Shown here: one piece after another, positions 61,801 to 64,000 of the stretch
How positions within the stretch are numbered: position 1 is the first letter of the stretch
Layout of the letters: every line of letters begins with the position of its first letter
Notes under the pieces: generated by a model
Told to the model about the DNA's origin: nothing
Seen by the model: the letters and a program-made list of their open reading frames with translations, nothing else
Database searches by the model: none
Made by a program: the position numbers and the translations under genes
Assembly (NCBI GenBank): GCA_041167505.1
Contig: JBEEHR010000023.1
Location: 21,214-85,213, forward strand
Source: Verrucomicrobiota bacterium
GTDB lineage: Bacteria; Verrucomicrobiota; Verrucomicrobiia; Chthoniobacterales; UBA10450
Length of the DNA stretch: 64,000 nucleotides
Reading direction: 5' to 3'

Positions 61801-61954
61801 GAGCAACGGCCACACCCACGCCGACCGCGTGGCGGAAGCGCTCGGCAACATGTTCATGGACATCATTTGCTCGCATTGCGGCAGCAACAAAGTGGTACGT
61901 GCCGGCGCCTGTGGCGTCTGCACCGAATGCGGGACGAGCCAGGGCTGTAGCTAG
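58811..61954 (+). CDS. nrdJ: adenosylcobalamin-dependent (class II) ribonucleotide reductase
   Basis: Class II RNR blocks are present (GLRFPRVFS.., [47 protein letters not shown]). The C-terminus has a Cys-rich tail, [28 protein letters not shown]. Confidence 0.93.
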   Translation: [1047 protein letters not shown]

Positions 61955-61988
61955 GAAATCGATTCGTTAGGCCGCGGGCGGCCACTTC

Positions 61989-62390
61989 ATGCAACTGGAA
62001 ATTTTCACGCTCTGCGACGCGGCCACGGAGCACGCGGGGAAGCTGAACATCATCGGGACGTTCGATGCGTTGCGGGCGTTCGAGGCGCCAATCGCGCATC
62101 CGCAATGCGCCATTGCGGGCCGGCTCCGGTTTGAGCAAATCGAGGAGGGCGAGCATCGAGTGGCGCTGACGTTTGCGGATGAAGACGGGAACATCGTGAT
62201 GCCGAAGTTCGATTCGAACCTGGCGGTGAGTTTTTCGCCGGGGCAGCGGACGGTGACTTCGCATTTCGTGATCCTGATCCAGCAAATCCGACTGCCGAGG
62301 TTTGGCGAATACACGGTCGACCTGGCGGTCGATGGCCGGCAATTAGGTTCATTGCCGCTGTATGTGACGAAGCTGGAACGCGCCGGCTGA
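61989..62390 (+). CDS. hypothetical protein (beta-rich, 133 aa)
   Basis: Complete ORF 34 nt after nrdJ. No motif I can name. Confidence 0.5.
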   Translation: MQLEIFTLCDAATEHAGKLNIIGTFDALRAFEAPIAHPQCAIAGRLRFEQIEEGEHRVALTFADEDGNIVMPKFDSNLAVSFSPGQRTVTSHFVILIQQIRLPRFGEYTVDLAVDGRQLGSLPLYVTKLERAG

Positions 62391-62530
62391 ACAAAAATAT
62401 CGGTTGTCAGCAGGGGCAGAATCCACGATCTAGTCCCGCGCAATTGAGCATGGTCTCTTGCGGCAAACCCCCGCTTCCAACAGAGGAACCGGGCCGGGGG
62501 TAACCTTCAAAGCGATTCAGGAATGTAGTT

Positions 62531-64000
62531 ATGAACGAAGTGGAAATTCAGCGGCAAAGGGAAATCAAGGAGGCCGAGGAGCTTCTTTTCACAGGGCCGC
62601 AGGCGCTCGGTTTCGCCAAGGGACTTTTTCTCGGGCAGTTCGTTTCGGATTGGGCGATGCCGTACCCGCGGATTCCCGCCGCACAACAGGCAGAGCTGGA
62701 CAAGTCGCTCGCCGAAATTCGCGCGTTCCTGGATGAGCATCTCGATCCGGTCGCGATCGATCGCAACGCCGACATCCCTCGTCATTTGATCGATGGCCTG
62801 GCCCAAACCGGTGTGCTCGGAATGACGGCGCCGAAGGAGTATGGCGGCCGTGGATTTTCGCAACGGGCCTACTGCAAGATTCTCGAGGAAATCGGCGCCC
62901 GCTGCGCGTCGACATCGGTTTTCACGAACGCGCACCACTCGATCGGCATTCGGGCGCTGCTCTTGTTCGGGACGCGGGAACAGAAACAGCGATGGTTGCC
63001 GCCGCTTGTCTCGGGGGAACAGCTCGCGGCGTTCGCGTTGACCGAAGAACAAGCGGGTTCGGACGCGGCGAACGTCCAGACCACGGCCACCCCGAGCCCG
63101 GACGGCTCGCATTTCATTCTCAACGGCGAAAAGCGCTACATCACGAACGCGTCGATCGCGCATGTGTTGACCGTGATGGCGCGGACGCCGGTGCCCGGAT
63201 CGGACAAGACGTCGATCACGGCGTTCCTCGTGACGCCGGACATGCCGGGATTCACGATGCTCGAGCCGCGGATGGAAAAGCTCGGCATTCGCGGGACGGC
63301 GACCGGCCGGTTCGCGATGCAGAACATGGCGGTGCCGAAGGAAAATATCCTGGGGCCGATCGGCAAAGGATTGAAGGTGGCGCTAACGGTCCTCGATTTC
63401 GGACGCACCACGTTCGGGGCGTGCTGCACGGGCGCTGCGAAGACATGTTTGGAATTGGCGGTAAGCCACGCGAACAAGCGCAAGCAATTCAAGAAAACGC
63501 TGGGCGACTTCGACTTGGTAAAGAAAAAGATCGGGCGCATGGCGGCGGACGTTTACGCGATGGAAGCGATGACGGCGGTGACCGCATCGCTGATCGATCG
63601 CGGCCTCGAGGATTACATGCTCGAGACGGCCATGCTGAAAGTTTTCACAACGGATCGGCTTTGGGAAGCGGTCAACGACGCGTTCCAGATCCATGGCGGG
63701 TCCGCTTATTTCACGACCTCGCCCCTCGAGCGGATGTTGCGAGACGCGCGAATCAATCAGATCGGCGAAGGCAGCAATGAAGTGCTGACGTCATTCATCG
63801 CACTCGTCGGGATGCGCGGACCGGGCATGGAGTTCAAAGAGATTTACGACACGATGTTCAATCCTTCGCGCGGCCTCGGCAAAGCGTGGACGGCGGGAAT
63901 GAATCGGCTCGGCGCTGCGGTGAAAATTTCGAGTGTGCCGGTGAAGAACGAGAGCCTGCGCTCGCACGCATCGCAACTTGGGCGCTTGATCTGGCGCTTT
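62531..64000 (+). CDS. acyl-CoA dehydrogenase (long-chain/ACAD9-VLCAD-like), 3' end outside window
   Basis: This ORF is absent from the track because no stop is reached. My own translation from the ATG at 62531 gives MNEVEIQRQ..GVLGMTAPKEYGGRGFS..FALTEEQAGSDAA..GEKRYITNA..IHGGSAYF..RDARINQIGEGSNEV, and the frame stays open to nt 64000. Confidence 0.85.
   Translation, partial: MNEVEIQRQREIKEAEELLFTGPQALGFAKGLFLGQFVSDWAMPYPRIPAAQQAELDKSLAEIRAFLDEHLDPVAIDRNADIPRHLIDGLAQTGVLGMTAPKEYGGRGFSQRAYCKILEEIGARCASTSVFTNAHHSIGIRALLLFGTREQKQRWLPPLVSGEQLAAFALTEEQAGSDAANVQTTATPSPDGSHFILNGEKRYITNASIAHVLTVMARTPVPGSDKTSITAFLVTPDMPGFTMLEPRMEKLGIRGTATGRFAMQNMAVPKENILGPIGKGLKVALTVLDFGRTTFGACCTGAAKTCLELAVSHANKRKQFKKTLGDFDLVKKKIGRMAADVYAMEAMTAVTASLIDRGLEDYMLETAMLKVFTTDRLWEAVNDAFQIHGGSAYFTTSPLERMLRDARINQIGEGSNEVLTSFIALVGMRGPGMEFKEIYDTMFNPSRGLGKAWTAGMNRLGAAVKISSVPVKNESLRSHASQLGRLIWRF

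Noticed and set aside
61966-61972. Isolated GTTAGGC / GCCTAAC heptamers elsewhere (for example 61966 after nrdJ and 55159 inside the CapA-fusion gene, plus several others noticed by eye) as possible further attC sites
   Set aside because: A 7-mer is expected by chance several times in 64 kb on two strands. None of these has the L''/L' arms, a partner core about 124 nt away, or homology to the attC family. Most lie inside well-supported coding sequence.

Overview
Visibly GC-rich chromosomal segment (GC not computed). My guess is a soil Verrucomicrobiota-type bacterium, based on gene content and on low-complexity palindromic intergenic repeats whose translations read like WSLELGAW. I cannot verify that here. 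I call about 60 protein genes, mostly housekeeping or periplasmic enzymes: rpoA-rplQ, glmM, scpB, fumC, class II RNR nrdJ, ggt, ccsA, two S9 peptidases, a DEAD-box helicase, a sigma-54 activator, a LemA-TPM-TPM operon, a GH47 mannosidase with an MFS sugar porter, and several SDR/AKR/MBL/VOC enzymes. There are two tRNAs, Val-GAC and Ser-CGA, both on the minus strand. I found no rRNA, CRISPR array, transposase or phage genes. The one clearly accessory stretch is 32.2-34.9 kb. It is an integron-type gene-cassette array with no integrase in the window (CALIN-like). It has four homologous attC units in the same orientation: three are full length (124 bp), and the fourth keeps only its 5' half. Units 1 and 2 keep both intact core sites (RYYYAAC at the 5' end, GTTRRRY at the 3' end), and each cassette's opening core is the complement of its closing core. 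One attC has decayed, and a single ORF now reads across it and joins two cassettes. Second-tier observations are: (i) at least four families of intergenic hairpin/palindromic repeats that fill most intergenic gaps and inflate ORF calls; (ii) a secreted three-domain fusion (UPF0489-like + NlpC/P60-like + CapA), translationally coupled to a secreted discoidin-like protein and overlapping convergently with a three-gene overlapping operon (ChrB_N-like / transglutaminase-like / acyltransferase-3); (iii) several small secreted tandem-repeat proteins. CDS coordinates derive from the supplied ORF track plus start-codon arithmetic. Repeat and hairpin coordinates were read by eye and may be off by 1-2 nt.
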